DNA of 64,000 nucleotides from Candidatus Cloacimonetes bacterium HGW-Cloacimonetes-3 (lineage in GTDB: Bacteria > Cloacimonadota > Cloacimonadia > Cloacimonadales > Cloacimonadaceae): contig PHBO01000010.1 of assembly GCA_002840645.1 (NCBI GenBank), forward strand, positions 60,470 through 124,469. The letters run 5' to 3'. The translations under genes and the position numbers were made by a program. Under the pieces are notes generated by a model, which saw only the letters and a program-made list of their open reading frames with translations, did not search any database and had not been told where the DNA came from. Below are positions 1 through 9,504 of the stretch, one piece after another (the first letter of the stretch is position 1; the number at the start of each line of letters is the position of its first letter).

Positions 1-2
1 TA

Positions 3-227
3 AGCTTTGAGCTTACCGGGAAAAGAGTGTTGAATCTGGATATCTATAACATAAAGGGGCAGAAGGTACGCTCCCTTGCCACAAACCAATACTTTGCAGA
101 AGGCAAGCACAGCTTAGTTTGGGATGGCAGGGACAACAGCGGCAAAACGCTGTCTTCAGGAGTGTATATGTATAAGCTGCAAACTGCCACAGAGAATGTA
201 AGCGGTAAGATGCTTATGTTAAAATAA
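3..227 (+). CDS. 3' end of a secreted protein with FlgD-Ig/T9SS type A-like C-terminal sorting domain (partial, open from window edge)
   Basis: Frame open from base 3; motif IYNIKGQKVRSL...WDGRDNSGKTLSSGVYMYKL...KMLMLK is typical of FlgD_ig-like CTDs. Confidence 0.85.
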   Translation, partial: SFELTGKRVLNLDIYNIKGQKVRSLATNQYFAEGKHSLVWDGRDNSGKTLSSGVYMYKLQTATENVSGKMLMLK

Positions 228-234
228 CAAATTA

Positions 235-269
235 GAGAGCTTTAGCGGTGTAATGCCGTTAAAGCTCTC
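235..269. terminator. Hairpin between convergent genes, probable bidirectional terminator
   Basis: GAGAGCTTTAGCGG (235-248) pairs with CCGTTAAAGCTCTC (256-269), one G-T wobble. Confidence 0.7.
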
Positions 270-3200
270 ACCCTTTTAAAATCTCAATCGCTGTCTCAAA
301 CTGCTGTATATAGCTTTGTTCGGGATCCAGTTCCACGATAAGCTTCAGGTTCTTGCCCGCATCAAAACGCACGGGTAGGGTAATTTTACTGGTGAAACGC
401 AGCAATTCTTGTTTAGGCGGCATCTTCTTGGGATCGAACTCCATGGTAAGCTTGTCCTTTTTCACGTGGCAGTTCAGCAGGGAATGCTTTTTGGTAAGCT
501 GGCTAAGCTTAAAATAATTCAGCAGCCAGCGTGCCTGCTCCGGTATCTCGCCAAATCTATCCAGCAGTTCCACTTCAAATTCATCCACGTCTTCCAGCTT
601 ATTTAGTTCTCCCAAACGCCGGTAAATGCGCAGGCGTTCTTCATCATCATCAATGAAGCCGGGCGGGAAATAAAGGTCTATCTCGGTACGCACTTTCTGT
701 CTTGCCGCAGGGGTGATCTCTTCATACAGGCTGGAAGTATCGCCACTCTCCACGGCTTCTATCGCATTGCCCAATATCCGGTTATAGTAGTTAAAGCCAA
801 TCGCTTGAATAACCCCGCTTTGCTTGGTTCCCAATATCGTGCCGGCTCCTCGTAGCTCCAAGTCCCGAAGGGCAACCTGAAATCCCGCCCCCAGATAATC
901 ATATTGGGTCAGCGCTTCCAGACGGTGCTTGGCGTCTGTAGTTGTACCTTTGGGGATTAGCAGGTAGGCATAAGCACGGCGGTTGCTGCGCCCCACTCTG
1001 CCCCGCATCTGATACAACTGTGCCAGTCCGAAGGTATCGGCACGGTCGATGAGGATGGTATTGGCATTGGGAATATCGATGCCGTTCTCCACAATCGTAG
1101 TAGAGATAAGCACCTGGTATTCCTTACCCACAAAGGCATCCATCACCTGTTCCAGATGATGCTCCGGCATCTGAGCATGCCCAACTCCAAAGCGGACTTT
1201 CGGCATTTCGCGCCGTAGTTCTTCCGCCACAGTTTCGATAGTCTGCACCCTGTTATGGATGAAGAAAACCTGCCCGCCCCGGTCTATCTCGCGCCGGATG
1301 GCATCTTTAATCACATCCATATCCCGCGGGGTAATAATGGTGCGGATAGGCAGCCGTTCTTTAGGCGAAGTCTGCATCAGAGATATTTCCTTCAGCTTGG
1401 CAAGTGCCATATTCATGGTGCGCGGAATTGGAGTGGCACTCATATAAAGCGTATCCACATTGGTTTGCAGTGCGCGCAGCTTTTCTTTATGACGCACCCC
1501 AAAGCGGTGTTCTTCGTCTATGATCAACAGCCCAAGTTTATTAAAGCGTACGTCCTTGGATAGCAGCCGATGCGTGCCGATGGCAATATCCACCGCTCCG
1601 CTACGAACTCCAACCAAATCCTTGGTCACCATTGCAGGACTGCGGAAGCGGCTGAACATCCCTATCCGTACCGGGTACTGTGCCAGACGTTCCTTAAATA
1701 CCCGCCAGTGCTGCTCCACCAGCAAGGTCGTTGGTGCCAGCACCGCCACCTGATAACCCGAACACACTGCTTTGAAGGCAGCACGAATGGCAACCTCGGT
1801 CTTGCCGAAGCCCACATCTCCGCACAACAAGCGTTCCATGGGGGCAGCAAGCTCCATATCGTCCTTTATCTCGCGGCTGGCACGGCTTTGGTCGGGAGTA
1901 TCCTCGTAGATAAAGGATTCCTCCAGTTCACTTTGCCAATCGCTATCCGGCTTATGTGCAATACCGATACGAGCACTCCGCTCTGCATACAGCTTCACAA
2001 TATCCGCTGCGATCAGCTCTATCTGCTGCGTGGCACGATGCTTGGTGGCACTCCATTTGGCAGAACCAAGCTTGTTCAGAACAGGGCTTGCACCTTCTTC
2101 GGCGATGTACTTGGACACCAGCGTAAGCTGAAACGTGGGGACGTAAACTCTGTCATCACCCGCATAGCGCAGCATCAGACACTCTACATCGCTGCCGTCC
2201 AGCTTGATTATCTTCAGCCCTTCAAAAACCCCGATGCCGTGATCCACATGCACCACATAATCACCGGGTTTCAGGTTCTCATAATCCACGATGCTTTCGC
2301 CGGGGGAATAGCGTGGCGCATAGCGTTTGCGTTTATAGCGGTTAAATATCTCATGATCTGTCCAAAGGTTCAGCTTACAATCTTGGATTGAGAAGCCCTC
2401 GTGCAACACCCCGATATGTGTGTCATAACCTCCCGTACCAAGGCTTTGCTGCATGCGCTTGGATTGGCTTTGGTTATCGAACAGCAGGATATTACGCCAG
2501 CCCTCTTCTGCTTTTGCCAAAAGCGAGTTTCCCAACACAGCAAGATCAGCATCGAAGGCAGGTTGCGCTTCAAATGGTGCGCGGATGTTCATAGTGGGGA
2601 AGGGAAGCACAAATTCGCTTTGAGACAGGTACAAATTATTACTATGGTTTTTGAGACGGGCAAACGCCTGCTCATCAGCCATCAAAGCCTCAGGACGCGG
2701 CAATTTAGCCTTCCCGCTGTGTTTGGCTGCCTTCAGATAAGCCGACAGGGTTTGCTCCATCAGCGCTTCGTACTCTTCGTAAATGTAAATGTAATTATTC
2801 CAGATAAGTAGGCGGTTATCGGCAGGAAAGTAATCCGCAAAAAGCTGCAAATCCTTGGTAAGCAAAGCATAATAATTCTCGATACCATCAAAGAAGCCCT
2901 TGTCGCGCACTTTGGCGATAATGGGCGAACCGCTGTCCACATCGTCCAGGCACAATTCCCGCGCGGGGATAACGGTAAGTTCCTTCACTTCGCCGGGAAT
3001 GCTGCGCTGTGTGGCAAGCGAGAACTGGCGCATTCCGATAATCTCGTCTCCCCAGAACTCGATGCGCACCGGTGACAGCGTGGGAGGACTGAATACGTCG
3101 ATAATGCCGCCGCGCCTGGCAGCCTGATACACCTTTGAGACCTGATACTCGATGTCATAGCCCATGTTTTGCAGATCGGCAAGCAGCTTCTGGGGATCAT

Positions 3201-3648
3201 ATTCCATACCTTTGTGCAGATGCAGAATGTGCTTGGCAAGGTTCTCGCGGGAGGGCATGTAACGCCCGAAAGAACGGATAGAGAGGCTGTAAACAGCCGG
3301 CTTGTCACTCTGCATGGCATACAGCAGGGTCTCCATGCGGGTAGCGCGAATGCTGTAATGCGGGGAGCGTTCTTCGTAGGGCAAAATCTCATAATCCGGC
3401 ATGTAGTGGGCATTCTCTTTGCCTATTAAAGCGCAGAGATCGTCCCAGATATCCTCGGCAATGATATCGTCCTGAGACACAATGATCAGGTTCTTGCCGC
3501 TATGTTGCCACAAATGCGCTGCCACAAGGGCACGAGCGCTTTGAGAGAGATGGTATAGCTGAAAAGCTTCTCCGGAAATGGGCAGAGAGATCACGCTACT
3601 CAGGAATTCTGAGCTGCTAAGAATGTCAGATAAGGTTGTGTGCAGCAT
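268..3648 (-). CDS. mfd: Transcription-repair coupling factor
   Basis: UvrB-like N-terminus, CarD/RID region (GDYVVHVDHGIG), CGDVGFGKTEVA Walker A, DEEH, TRG/TRCF C-terminus; 1126 aa. Confidence 0.97.
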   Translation of the reverse strand: MLHTTLSDILSSSEFLSSVISLPISGEAFQLYHLSQSARALVAAHLWQHSGKNLIIVSQDDIIAEDIWDDLCALIGKENAHYMPDYEILPYEERSPHYSIRATRMETLLYAMQSDKPAVYSLSIRSFGRYMPSRENLAKHILHLHKGMEYDPQKLLADLQNMGYDIEYQVSKVYQAARRGGIIDVFSPPTLSPVRIEFWGDEIIGMRQFSLATQRSIPGEVKELTVIPARELCLDDVDSGSPIIAKVRDKGFFDGIENYYALLTKDLQLFADYFPADNRLLIWNNYIYIYEEYEALMEQTLSAYLKAAKHSGKAKLPRPEALMADEQAFARLKNHSNNLYLSQSEFVLPFPTMNIRAPFEAQPAFDADLAVLGNSLLAKAEEGWRNILLFDNQSQSKRMQQSLGTGGYDTHIGVLHEGFSIQDCKLNLWTDHEIFNRYKRKRYAPRYSPGESIVDYENLKPGDYVVHVDHGIGVFEGLKIIKLDGSDVECLMLRYAGDDRVYVPTFQLTLVSKYIAEEGASPVLNKLGSAKWSATKHRATQQIELIAADIVKLYAERSARIGIAHKPDSDWQSELEESFIYEDTPDQSRASREIKDDMELAAPMERLLCGDVGFGKTEVAIRAAFKAVCSGYQVAVLAPTTLLVEQHWRVFKERLAQYPVRIGMFSRFRSPAMVTKDLVGVRSGAVDIAIGTHRLLSKDVRFNKLGLLIIDEEHRFGVRHKEKLRALQTNVDTLYMSATPIPRTMNMALAKLKEISLMQTSPKERLPIRTIITPRDMDVIKDAIRREIDRGGQVFFIHNRVQTIETVAEELRREMPKVRFGVGHAQMPEHHLEQVMDAFVGKEYQVLISTTIVENGIDIPNANTILIDRADTFGLAQLYQMRGRVGRSNRRAYAYLLIPKGTTTDAKHRLEALTQYDYLGAGFQVALRDLELRGAGTILGTKQSGVIQAIGFNYYNRILGNAIEAVESGDTSSLYEEITPAARQKVRTEIDLYFPPGFIDDDEERLRIYRRLGELNKLEDVDEFEVELLDRFGEIPEQARWLLNYFKLSQLTKKHSLLNCHVKKDKLTMEFDPKKMPPKQELLRFTSKITLPVRFDAGKNLKLIVELDPEQSYIQQFETAIEILKG

Positions 3649-3723
3649 TTTTTACCTTGCTTTGCTTTGCTCTTTCGGACTTTTATTCGGGTTTTTACCT
3701 GCGCCTTCCTTGCTTGCAAACCT

Positions 3724-3783
3724 CTATCATTGCCCACTCATTGACCACAAAGTGGGCAATGAGTGGGCAATGATAGGGCAATG
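3724..3783. repeat. Palindrome built of 11-bp units (CATTGCCC family, copy 1)
   Basis: 25-bp arms 3724-3748 / 3752-3776 with 1 mismatch; unit GGCAATGAGTG / GGCAATGATAG. Confidence 0.85.
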
Positions 3784-3906
3784 CTTTCAAGGGCGATTCC
3801 ATAAACAATATATAAAACAAACAGTTATGAGGTAAGGGGATAGTCCGGGGCGATATGGACTACAGACTTAGCTTTTCCGCCTCTTCCTCTTTTCCTCTTT
3901 TTTAAT

Positions 3907-3982
3907 CTTTTACTCTTTGTTAATATTCTCTCTGCTTTTCTCTGTATAACTCTGCTTTTCTCTGTGTTTAAAAGAAATCTAC
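3907..3982. repeat. Pyrimidine-rich dispersed repeat (CTCTGCTTTT units), copy 1; second copy at 46999-47077
   Basis: Shared CTTTTACTCTTTGTTAA ... CTCTGCTTTTCTC ... CTCTGTGTT ... AAAGAAATCTAC. Confidence 0.75.
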
Positions 3983-4133
3983 ACACCTATCACAAGCTTT
4001 ACGGCAAACCACTCAAACTAAAGAAGCCTGCCTTGTATGCTCTGTGTTATGATACAATCTTACTGTCGCAGGTTACAAACCTGCTTATACAACAGCTTAC
4101 AAAGCTATATTACAATCACTCGCGGTAAAATCA

Positions 4134-6311
4134 TTAAGGCTCGGTAGTAACAAAACTACCAACTATCTTGGCAAGCTTACCTTTAACAAATGAGATGGAA
4201 AGCACTGCGTCTGAACCCTCTCCATCCACGCTGAGCACAGTTCCCATCCCGTATTCCTTATGAAATACTTTCTGTCCGATGCGGTAATGCTTCTGGCTTT
4301 CGCGGGTGCTGCGCTGAATTTTGCTGGTTCCTCTGGGTGTGGGTGCTCTGCCGGTCTCACCACCGGGTTGATCGAAGAGCATCGGGTCAACTTCGCCGAT
4401 AAAATGGCTGGGTTTAGCAAAGTAGAAGGTGTCATAAATCCTGCGGCAGCGGGCATTACTGAGGTGAAGATGACGCTTGGCGCGGGTGATGCCCACATAA
4501 AACAGGCGGCGTTCCTCTTCGATCTCTTCGCGGCTGTCCATGCTCATGCGGTGAGGCAGCAGTTCCTCTTCCAGTCCCACGATAAACACCGCTTCGAACT
4601 CCAGTCCCTTGGCGTTGTGAAGCGTCATCAGGCGAAGAGAATCTATGCTTTCATTCACCATGTCCATATCTGTCTGTAGGGCTACGAAAGGCAGAAAGTC
4701 TGCCAGCAGCGGCTGTTTATCGTCCTCTTTCAGGCTGCGTTCGCTGAATTCACTAACGGAACTGACGAATTCTATCAGGTTCTCGGCACGGGCGATATCA
4801 CGCGGATCGCTGCTTTTGCGGTATAAAGCCACTAAGCCAAGCTCCTCCACAATTGCTTTCACCAAATCCAGCACCGGGCTCTTCAGAGCCGTCATGCGCC
4901 AGCTTTCCAACTGGGCAGCAAAGTCTGAGACACGCTTCTTAGCACTGGAATTGAGTTCGCTGATAGCATCCACGTTCTGCACGGCATTATAGATGGGTAT
5001 GCGGGTCTTGGCAGCAAAGCTGATGATACGGTTAACGCTGGTCTGCCCTATTCCGCGCGGAGGTTCGTTGATGATGCGCAGGATGCTCTCGTTATCGGCA
5101 GGATTGTTCAGACAGGCAAGGTAGCCAAGCAGGTCTTTAATCTCTTTGCGCTGGTAAAAGTGTAAGCTGCCCACGATGCTATATGGGATGCGGGCTTGCA
5201 TAAGGGCACTTTCGAACACGCGGGATTGGGCGTTGGTGCGGTATAATATTGCCATTTGCTTTAGCGGGATGCCTTGTCTGGCAAGTTCCTGCACGGCAAG
5301 GGTTACTCTTTCCGCTTCCTGATTCTCGTTTTCATAGGTTAAAAGCCTGGGCTTGTTGCCTTCGGGAAGCTCGCTCCACAGTTCCTTGGAGTGCCTGCGG
5401 CGGTTGTGTACTATCACGGCGTTTGCAAGAGCGAGGATGTTGCCGGTGCTGCGGTAGTTCTGTTCCAGACGGATGCTGCGCACAGAGGCATAATCTCGCT
5501 CGAACTCCAGGATATTGCGCAAGGTTGCACCACGGAAGCTGTATATAGCCTGGTCGTCGTCACCCACCACGCAAACACGCTGGTGTCCGCCGGCTATCTG
5601 GTGGATAATCTCAAACTGGGCTTGATTGGTATCCTGATACTCATCAATCATCACATATTGAAACTGGGCGCGGTATTTGTCCCGCACAGCGGTGTTGCTT
5701 TGGAACAGCTTGGCGGTGAAGAGCAGGATATCGTCGAAATCCATTGCCTGATTAAGGAGAAGCTGCTGCTGGTATAGCCTGTAGATGTTCAGGAAGCTGT
5801 TGAACTCCTTATCCTCGTTGGCTGCGTAGTCCTTCAAATCCTCTGGGAGCATCAGTTTATTCTTGTAGCGTCCAATGCGGCTAAGCACACGGTTTATCGG
5901 CAGCTTTTGCGCATCAAAGCCATGTTCTTTGTATATCTTTTTCAGCATGGACTTCTGCGCATCATCGTCATAAATGGAATAATTGGAGTTAAAGGGCAGA
6001 TGCGCTGTTTCAAAGCGCAGAATTCGGGAACAGAGAGAATGGAAGGTGCCCACCCAAAGGGTGCGCATGGGAATTTTAAGGAGGTTCTCAAGGCGTTCCT
6101 GAAGCTCGCGGGCGGCTTTGTTGGTGAAGGTGACCACCAGGATTTTCCAGGGTGGAACCTGCAGTTCTTTGATAAGGTAGGCAGCACGGTAAATAATAGA
6201 TTTAGTTTTGCCCGAACCCGCTCCGGCGAGTACCAGGATGGGATTCTCGGTATCAGTAACAACCTCTAACTGACGATCGTTAAGCTCCTTGCGATAGCTT
6301 GATGGTATCAT
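4134..6311 (-). CDS. pcrA: ATP-dependent DNA helicase UvrD/PcrA
   Basis: LAGAGSGKT, DEYQD, GDDDQAIYSFRGA, LEQNYRS, MTLHNAKGLEF, EERRLFYVGITRA, C-terminal Tudor-like domain. Confidence 0.95.
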   Translation of the reverse strand: MIPSSYRKELNDRQLEVVTDTENPILVLAGAGSGKTKSIIYRAAYLIKELQVPPWKILVVTFTNKAARELQERLENLLKIPMRTLWVGTFHSLCSRILRFETAHLPFNSNYSIYDDDAQKSMLKKIYKEHGFDAQKLPINRVLSRIGRYKNKLMLPEDLKDYAANEDKEFNSFLNIYRLYQQQLLLNQAMDFDDILLFTAKLFQSNTAVRDKYRAQFQYVMIDEYQDTNQAQFEIIHQIAGGHQRVCVVGDDDQAIYSFRGATLRNILEFERDYASVRSIRLEQNYRSTGNILALANAVIVHNRRRHSKELWSELPEGNKPRLLTYENENQEAERVTLAVQELARQGIPLKQMAILYRTNAQSRVFESALMQARIPYSIVGSLHFYQRKEIKDLLGYLACLNNPADNESILRIINEPPRGIGQTSVNRIISFAAKTRIPIYNAVQNVDAISELNSSAKKRVSDFAAQLESWRMTALKSPVLDLVKAIVEELGLVALYRKSSDPRDIARAENLIEFVSSVSEFSERSLKEDDKQPLLADFLPFVALQTDMDMVNESIDSLRLMTLHNAKGLEFEAVFIVGLEEELLPHRMSMDSREEIEEERRLFYVGITRAKRHLHLSNARCRRIYDTFYFAKPSHFIGEVDPMLFDQPGGETGRAPTPRGTSKIQRSTRESQKHYRIGQKVFHKEYGMGTVLSVDGEGSDAVLSISFVKGKLAKIVGSFVTTEP

Positions 6312-6316
6312 TATTG

Positions 6317-6766
6317 CTAATCAAGAATGTAAACAGGGGCAACATCTGTTCTGCTGCCTTCCAGATTCCCGGAGGGATATGTTTTGAAAGCTGACACCTT
6401 GTACCAGTAATGGTTTCCGGGTTGAACAGTAGGTCCGGTGTGAATGAAAGTTGTGTTTTCTGCCGAATAAACTGTTCCTACCAAAGTGTAGGCGGAATAG
6501 TAATTCAACCCTCTGTAAACGTAATATCCTGAGGTGTTTTCAGCATTATTAGCAGTCCAGCGTAAGGTAACGCTTTTTACCGTGGCGTGGGCGGGAGAAG
6601 AGTTGGCGGTTGGGTTCATTACCGGATCAGGAGCCACAACGTTAGGGTTTCCCAAAGGATCGAGGGGGTTATTGCGCTTTAAACTGCATGATGCCGTAAT
6701 AAAGCTTAGGATAAGCAGGAAGAAGAAGAATATATAACTGGGTTTAATAATTACAGGGGAGCCCAT
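6317..6766 (-). CDS. Putative lipoprotein with fibronectin type III-like domain
   Basis: Hydrophobic signal with lipobox-like ITASC; VTLRW...GYYVYR...YWYKVSA Fn3 pattern. Confidence 0.7.
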   Translation of the reverse strand: MGSPVIIKPSYIFFFFLLILSFITASCSLKRNNPLDPLGNPNVVAPDPVMNPTANSSPAHATVKSVTLRWTANNAENTSGYYVYRGLNYYSAYTLVGTVYSAENTTFIHTGPTVQPGNHYWYKVSAFKTYPSGNLEGSRTDVAPVYILD

Positions 6767-7366
6767 TTAAAACCTCACTTCCACACCACCGGGGGTTATC
6801 TGAACAGGGTTGTTGTTACCGCGTTCCTGTATTTCTCGCCAGAGGTTAGTATTGTATTGCTGGGTGGTTTGGATCGCATCAAAGATGTTGTATAACCACA
6901 CAATCCCGGCAAAGCCAAGCATAATCTGGGAATATTGATGGGGGCTTTGCGCTTCCTTGTAATACTTCTGAATCTCCTCGGTTTGGGTGGCATTTTTGTA
7001 TAGGCGATAATTTGTCATCGCCCTATCCCAAAAATAGACAGATGTGCCGATAAGCACCAGTTCCGTGCTAAGTATCAGTGTACCCTTGGTGCTGGCTTCA
7101 CTGGCAAACTGACCCCAACCGGGGATTAAAGAGGATTTTATTATATTTGCATTCAAAGGATGCGCTTCCAATTCGTAAATCTGCAACAGATTCTGTCTGG
7201 CATTCAGCTGTTCACGGTATGTAGCGCGTTCCAGGTAGTTTAACCAGCCATACTTGGTGCTATCCGAAAAAGCCTGAATATCGAAGTTCTGTGCAAATAC
7301 AGGGGTGGCAACAAGCATAAGCAATATGATAGCCAAAGGCATAAAGTTGAGGTTAATCTGCTTCAT
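6767..7366 (-). CDS. Exported/membrane hypothetical protein (DUF5683-like)
   Basis: Signal peptide; SSLIPGWGQF motif and WLYNIFDA segment resemble the DUF5683 family; ends VEVRF. Confidence 0.6.
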   Translation of the reverse strand: MKQINLNFMPLAIILLMLVATPVFAQNFDIQAFSDSTKYGWLNYLERATYREQLNARQNLLQIYELEAHPLNANIIKSSLIPGWGQFASEASTKGTLILSTELVLIGTSVYFWDRAMTNYRLYKNATQTEEIQKYYKEAQSPHQYSQIMLGFAGIVWLYNIFDAIQTTQQYNTNLWREIQERGNNNPVQITPGGVEVRF

Positions 7367-8781
7367 CGAAGTAACGCCTCAGAAAGCCTGTTTAAGGGAA
7401 CAATACTCTTGTCACGCAGGTTTATCTGCCACACATAGAGAAATGTCTCTGTGGGGGTTAACAGATCGTAACGAGCTTCATATTTGTATTGCCCGGTGGA
7501 AAGAAGTATCTTCCATCCGCTATCTCTAATATCAGAAGCTTTGTTACGCTTTTGTAGCTCTTGCTTCTGATTTCGGATACGTGTGTTCAGCAAACCTCCC
7601 CGATACTCGTCGATAATCTTTCTGGTAAATGCCACAGGATTTTTGCTTGCATCAATCAAGTTTTGCATCTGTATGGCTTTTTGCCTGTATTCCGGCTTGG
7701 GATCCAGGGAATGTGCTTTGTTAAAGGCGTTTACTGCATCAACATGCTTGCCGGTAGCCTCAAATCTATCCCCTTCGGCGGCAAGTTCCACAGCCCTGCG
7801 GATGTTATCCTGAATGGTAAGCAACCGGTTTATGGCATCCAATGCGGGCTGATAATCCGGGATAATATCGAATGTCTTGCGATAATGCACCAAAGCATTG
7901 GCATAATCTCCGGCTTCCAACAGGCTGTTACCCTTGCTTACATAAAGTGAGGTAATAGCTTCCAGACGGCGGGTGATTTGGGCTTTCTTCTCCGGATAAT
8001 ATTGCATTGCAATGCGAAATAGGCGATCTGCTTCCACATAATCCTGCGCCTCGATATACTCTTCGGCTTGGCTTTGGTACACTTCCGATATCTGGAGGTT
8101 CAGTTTACTCACATCCACTACAGGGTATTTGGATAGTTCAAAAAGTAAGTTCAGGGCATCAGTATAATACTCCTGTTTCGAAAGTACTTTTGCATATTCT
8201 ATCTTGGCAGGCACAAACTTCAGCACATAGCTGCGAGCCTGAATCTCGTAAGGATTATTGGGATACTCATCGAAAAGCTTCATATAGTCACGCCAGGCAG
8301 CGTCCTGATTATTGCTTACTTCCATAAAATAACCTATCCGGCGGTAGCGAACTTCTGGGATTAGGGGGCTATCAGGAGCTTCACGAATAACTGCATCCAG
8401 GTAGCTTTTCCCCAGGTCTGGAGCTCCGCTTTTGAATGCCTCATACCCAAGGGTTTGATATATCTCTGCCAAGCGCAAATTGGCTTCTCTGGAATTAGCA
8501 AGCTTATGAAAGCGCTCTGCCAGTGCCCAGTTCTGCCTTTGTGCCGCAGCCTCACCCAATGCGTAATAGCTGTCTGAGCGTAATAACTCGGCTCTGGTAA
8601 CGATTGCGCCATTTTTACCGCTGTCGATCAAGTCATCCAGTTCCACAATCGCAGCAGCAAAACGTTTCGAGCCATAAAGCTCCTCAGCGCTTTTCAAACG
8701 ATTGATTTCACAGCCTGTGCCTGCCAGCAAGATGATAGCTGTAAGTAAAGGCAACAGGTACTTCTTAGACCCGGTAAACAT
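7363..8781 (-). CDS. Tetratricopeptide-repeat lipoprotein
   Basis: Start placed at ATG 8781 after AGGAAGG; lipobox AGTGC; repeated helical TPR-like patterns. Confidence 0.75.
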   Translation of the reverse strand: MFTGSKKYLLPLLTAIILLAGTGCEINRLKSAEELYGSKRFAAAIVELDDLIDSGKNGAIVTRAELLRSDSYYALGEAAAQRQNWALAERFHKLANSREANLRLAEIYQTLGYEAFKSGAPDLGKSYLDAVIREAPDSPLIPEVRYRRIGYFMEVSNNQDAAWRDYMKLFDEYPNNPYEIQARSYVLKFVPAKIEYAKVLSKQEYYTDALNLLFELSKYPVVDVSKLNLQISEVYQSQAEEYIEAQDYVEADRLFRIAMQYYPEKKAQITRRLEAITSLYVSKGNSLLEAGDYANALVHYRKTFDIIPDYQPALDAINRLLTIQDNIRRAVELAAEGDRFEATGKHVDAVNAFNKAHSLDPKPEYRQKAIQMQNLIDASKNPVAFTRKIIDEYRGGLLNTRIRNQKQELQKRNKASDIRDSGWKILLSTGQYKYEARYDLLTPTETFLYVWQINLRDKSIVPLNRLSEALLR

Positions 8782-9502
8782 GGCCTTCCTTTGCAAACAG
8801 AAACAATCCTTCTTCCAGCTCTTGCTTGCGGATTTCTAAGCTATTAGATATCCCATGGGTTAGGATTACTCTGTGTATGTCCAGATACTTCAGTTTAAGA
8901 ATCTGATCAGCTTCAGGATGTCCGGCATCCACTATCAAAGTGTGAACCCCTTTTATAAAACCGGCAATACAATCTGTAGTTCCAATATCGCTGGAGTACA
9001 CTAATACTCCGGCCTCGCAGGTAAATTTTACAGACCAGGACTTCATCTGATTACTAAGATTGTGCTCTCTGATAATATCTGAGTAGCCTAACAGATGGTC
9101 TGTCCCGATAGTAGTTATCCAATCAAAATACAGCTCTGCTTGTTCCATATCCAGCACCTGTAGCTTGAACTTGAACTTCTGAATGAAAGTGTACATCAGC
9201 TGCATTATCTCGATAATGGCGGCTGGACGCTCCGGCAAAAAGAGATAGAGTGCTTTAGTTCTCCCCGCAAGAAACAGCCACTGTAACAACATAAATAAGC
9301 CGCTTACATGATCCGGGTGATAATGTGTAATAAATATTGCATCCAGATCATCGGCACCAATCTTAAGCTCCAGCAGCCTTTTCGTGCAGCCATCTCCGCA
9401 ATCTGCAAGAACGAGGCTATCATGCTTGCGCACCAATAGACCGGATAGGTTCTTATCTGCCTGTGGTAAACCTGATCCAGTACCCAGGATAATCGCATCC
9501 AT
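8765..9502 (-). CDS. Ribonuclease Z-like metallo-beta-lactamase-fold hydrolase
   Basis: ILGTGSG N-terminus, DCGDG, THYHPDHVSG (HxHxDH). Confidence 0.8.
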   Translation of the reverse strand: MDAIILGTGSGLPQADKNLSGLLVRKHDSLVLADCGDGCTKRLLELKIGADDLDAIFITHYHPDHVSGLFMLLQWLFLAGRTKALYLFLPERPAAIIEIMQLMYTFIQKFKFKLQVLDMEQAELYFDWITTIGTDHLLGYSDIIREHNLSNQMKSWSVKFTCEAGVLVYSSDIGTTDCIAGFIKGVHTLIVDAGHPEADQILKLKYLDIHRVILTHGISNSLEIRKQELEEGLFLFAKEGHVYRV

Positions 9503-9504
9503 AT

